DNA of 63,537 nucleotides, filler included, from Olpidium bornovanus S191 (lineage: Eukaryota > Fungi > Olpidiomycota), in the NCBI GenBank assembly GCA_017911155.1. It is 31 parts of 31 records of this genome, joined end to end, with 100 filler letters (N's around TTAATTAATTAA, not from the genome) between each part and the next. Parts side by side here need not be neighbours in the genome. Positions count along the whole stretch, not along the records: positions 58,415 to 59,591 come from JAEFCI010002350.1; positions 59,692 to 61,089 come from JAEFCI010007590.1; positions 61,190 to 63,537 come from JAEFCI010002482.1; 28 more parts are not named here. One strand, 5' to 3'. A model generated the notes under the pieces. That model did no database searches. It was given only the letters and a program-made list of their open reading frames with translations, and was not told the DNA's origin. How positions within the stretch are numbered: position 1 is the first letter of the stretch; every line of letters starts with the position of its first letter. Positions 59,075 to 63,537 of the stretch are shown here, one piece after another. Made by a program: the position numbers and the translations under genes.

Positions 59075-61048
59075 CCACCCCGACGCGCCTCCATCCTCTT
59101 CCCTCCGCCGTTTTTTTTTTTCATCGCCGGTCCCCTGCCCGCCCGCCCGCCTCTTTCCGCATCCGACAACAACGGATTTTTTTAAAAAAAAAAAAAAAAA
59201 AGACGGGAACCCCAAAGTTATTTATTATTCTCGCAACTCCCCTCGCTGTTGAAGTTCGTTGACCGTTTGCCTGCAGAAGCGGTAAATCTTGACGACGGCG
59301 ACAGCTCGGACGGATGGATATGTCTTGGGGCCGTCGTGGCCAGCAACAAGTGAAAGATCAGGAACGGGGGAGGGCGCGCGCGGGGCGGGGGGGGGGGGAT
59401 GTTCGATGCGAATAGGGCGTAAAACTCTGCGTACGGCGGCAGGTTACGTCGCTATTGAGGGGAATGGTGTGCGTGGGGAAAGCGGGCGAGGACGGGGCAC
59501 TCAGGACGACAGGACTGTACCGTCGTGTTAACGAACGACCTTGTTCGTAGGCGTTTTTCAGTCCGACTCGTTCGGCGGAACGTGCGGGCGGNNNNNNNNN
59601 NNNNNNNNNNNNNNNNNNNNNNNNNNNNNNNNNNNTTAATTAATTAANNNNNNNNNNNNNNNNNNNNNNNNNNNNNNNNNNNNNNNNNNNNCGCGCAGCT
59701 TTGACAACGGGGCACGGGACGTGTAAAGACCTCTCGCGGCGAACAAATAGCACCGTCGGCGAGAAGTTCATATCTCTCTTATCCGGCGGCGCTCCTGCGG
59801 CCAGTACCCATGCAACGAGCTTTCAGCTAGGCGCCCACCCGAGCCTGCCCATCCCGCAGAACGCGTCTACTGGACTCCTCTCCCACCCTTTCCCCCGGCC
59901 GACTCCCCGTGCCACTCCCAAGCCTCCTCCCCAACCTACTCCCCAGCACGGACAAACGACTTCAATATAGTTAGAATTACTACACACGTCACATATGGTG
60001 TGGAACGTTCCTACGCTGCACACCGTACAAACAAACGTCGGCGCCGCTGCGCTCAGCCGCCGACTAGAAGAGCGAACTCAGCGGAAAAAGGCGGGCAAAC
60101 CCCGCGGGGCGGGGAAACGTACGGCGGCGCCGCAGCCCCACGGGCCCCTGAACGGGCATTCTGGCGCTGCGCTTGGCCGCTGAGCTCGCTCTTCTCGTCG
60201 GCGGCCAAAGGAGGTGTGAACGATAATGAAGTCCATAGCAATTTGTATGGGGAAGCGAGTTCACGCCATATGTGAAGCTCAAAATAACCCATATAATTAT
60301 CATAAATTTTATGTTATACTATACGGATCACTATTAGAATAATTAGAATCAAATATAAACTATATATAATAAATATAGTTTTTTATAGTATACAAACCTT
60401 AGAAAAGCCATGGTTCTGCCGTGCACCTCTGATGTTTGAAAGGGATTCGATCAGGCTTCTCTCTGTGTACCCCGGGCCCCTTTCTGCCGCTGACGGCTGT
60501 CGCCCCCCTGAATAAGTCGGGAACGCAGCATTCGGGTACTAAACACACTTATTCGGCCCAGGTAGACAACCTGACCCTGATGAGCATGGTATCATGGTTT
60601 GCCGAGGCACCCCGAAGCGTTACAAAGCCGCAAACAGAATTTTGGCTTCTGTCAGCGTAACGTTTTTTGATGCTGAAGAAATGGCAGGTACGTGGGATTT
60701 GCAGAGCGGGCAATGATTCACCTTGTTTGATCACTGTATTTTTCCGTTTGTGGACTTGTGGAATCCCATTCATGCTGTACGGGAATTGCACGGGAGGATA
60801 AACCCCGGGCATCGCCGACGCGATAGGGAATTTAATTACGGCCGCCGGCGTACTCTTTTTTCTTTTCTTGTTTATTGAAGCGGCGGAATTCCTACAAATC
60901 CTGCAAGAAAAACGAAAAATTCCGCAAAGAAAAAAAAAAAATAAAAATCCCGCAAATCCCGCAAAAAACCCCGCAAAAAAAAAAAACAGAAATTAAAAAG
61001 AAAAAACCCGGCGAATACCCCCCAAAAATGAGAGAATCCAGTGAATTT

Positions 61049-61089
<41 letters not shown>

Positions 61090-61704
61090 NNNNNNNNNNN
61101 NNNNNNNNNNNNNNNNNNNNNNNNNNNNNNNNNTTAATTAATTAANNNNNNNNNNNNNNNNNNNNNNNNNNNNNNNNNNNNNNNNNNNNCATGGTGTTGT
61201 TGGCCGTGTTTTTTCCAGCTGTCTAGGCCGAGGCGCGCCGCCGTTTCAAGACCAAAAGCGGCAGTGGGCAGCTTCGGAAAGTCCGACACGCCCGGGCGGT
61301 TCTGTGTCTTAAAGTAGGGAAACGGCGGCCCGAGGGTCTGCGGGAGAAGCGCGGCCCCGCCTGCACCAATTTGTAACGCGCTCCTGTCCCGTGCGAACTT
61401 CGGTTAAAACAGGCCGCAAAGATCTTTTTTACGTGGTTCGGTACTGCGCATCAATCCATTGTAAACCCTCGAACCGCACAAGCCACAAAGGGTCACAACG
61501 GCGGCGTGGGCACTCAAAGGTGTGGGTAAAGGGTTCAAGCATCACTACAAATCATATTACAGGGATGAACGAGGAAACGGGGCGAAAAACCAGGGACGAG
61601 GACAATTCCGCGGGACGTCTGTCAATCTGACCGAGAAGAGGGGTGAAAACGTTCCGGAGGGAGAGTGCGGGTTCTTCTGTTGGCGAGACGCAATAACAGT
61701 ACCT

Positions 61705-63390
<1,686 letters not shown>

Positions 63391-63460
63391 GAAGTCCGGA
63401 GCGGCGGCCTGCGGGAAGGCAGAAGAAGCTTTTTCTTTTCTTTTCTTTTCTTTTCTTTTT

Positions 63461-63522
<62 letters not shown>

Positions 63523-63537
63523 GGGGGGGGGGGGGGG

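Noticed and set aside
60575-60630. CTGATGA motifs here and at about 3002 as possible hammerhead ribozyme cores
   Set aside because: No paired stem II closed by GAAA in the required geometry.

Overview
This window is not contiguous DNA. It is 31 short contigs (about 1.0-3.5 kb each) joined by an artificial 100-bp linker (44 N + TTAATTAATTAA + 44 N), so neighbouring genes are not in genomic linkage. The DNA is GC-rich, intron-rich and eukaryotic. It combines fungal markers (LYS2 alpha-aminoadipate reductase, kexin, Sog2-domain protein) with motile-flagellum genes (axonemal dynein heavy chain, CCDC40, JHY-domain protein), which points to a zoosporic, early-diverging fungus. Olpidium is a guess I cannot confirm. 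Recognisable genes, mostly partial, are ATP4, TMA7 (complete), KEX2, SOF1, NSP1, SOG2-like, UBE2T, LYS2, C2CD5, NFU1, DNAH2-like, UBR1, SLA2, a DUF202/Vtc1-like protein, RQC2/NEMF, a Ran1/Pat1-like kinase, CCDC40, PBP1, EF2, MAD2, ATX1 and UBC4 (complete). Several LTR-retrotransposon pieces are present: Ty1/copia ends, a Ty3/gypsy gag relic, a solo LTR with a 5-bp target-site duplication, and an LTR family found twice, each time next to another element. I did not find a clear-cut new biological system. The best leads are: (i) micro-exons of 6, 8 and 12 nt that restore conserved TMA7 and UBC4 sequence; (ii) non-canonical splice sites (GC-AG and an apparent GG-AG intron in ATX1, and many AAG acceptors); (iii) a strongly folded multi-hairpin element at 32-191; (iv) the nested LTR family with CpG-to-TpG-biased divergence; (v) a Sog2-domain protein lacking LRRs and a Vtc1-like protein with a long disordered N-terminus; (vi) several unassigned multi-exon genes. 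All family assignments come from my recall of protein motifs, not from database searches.
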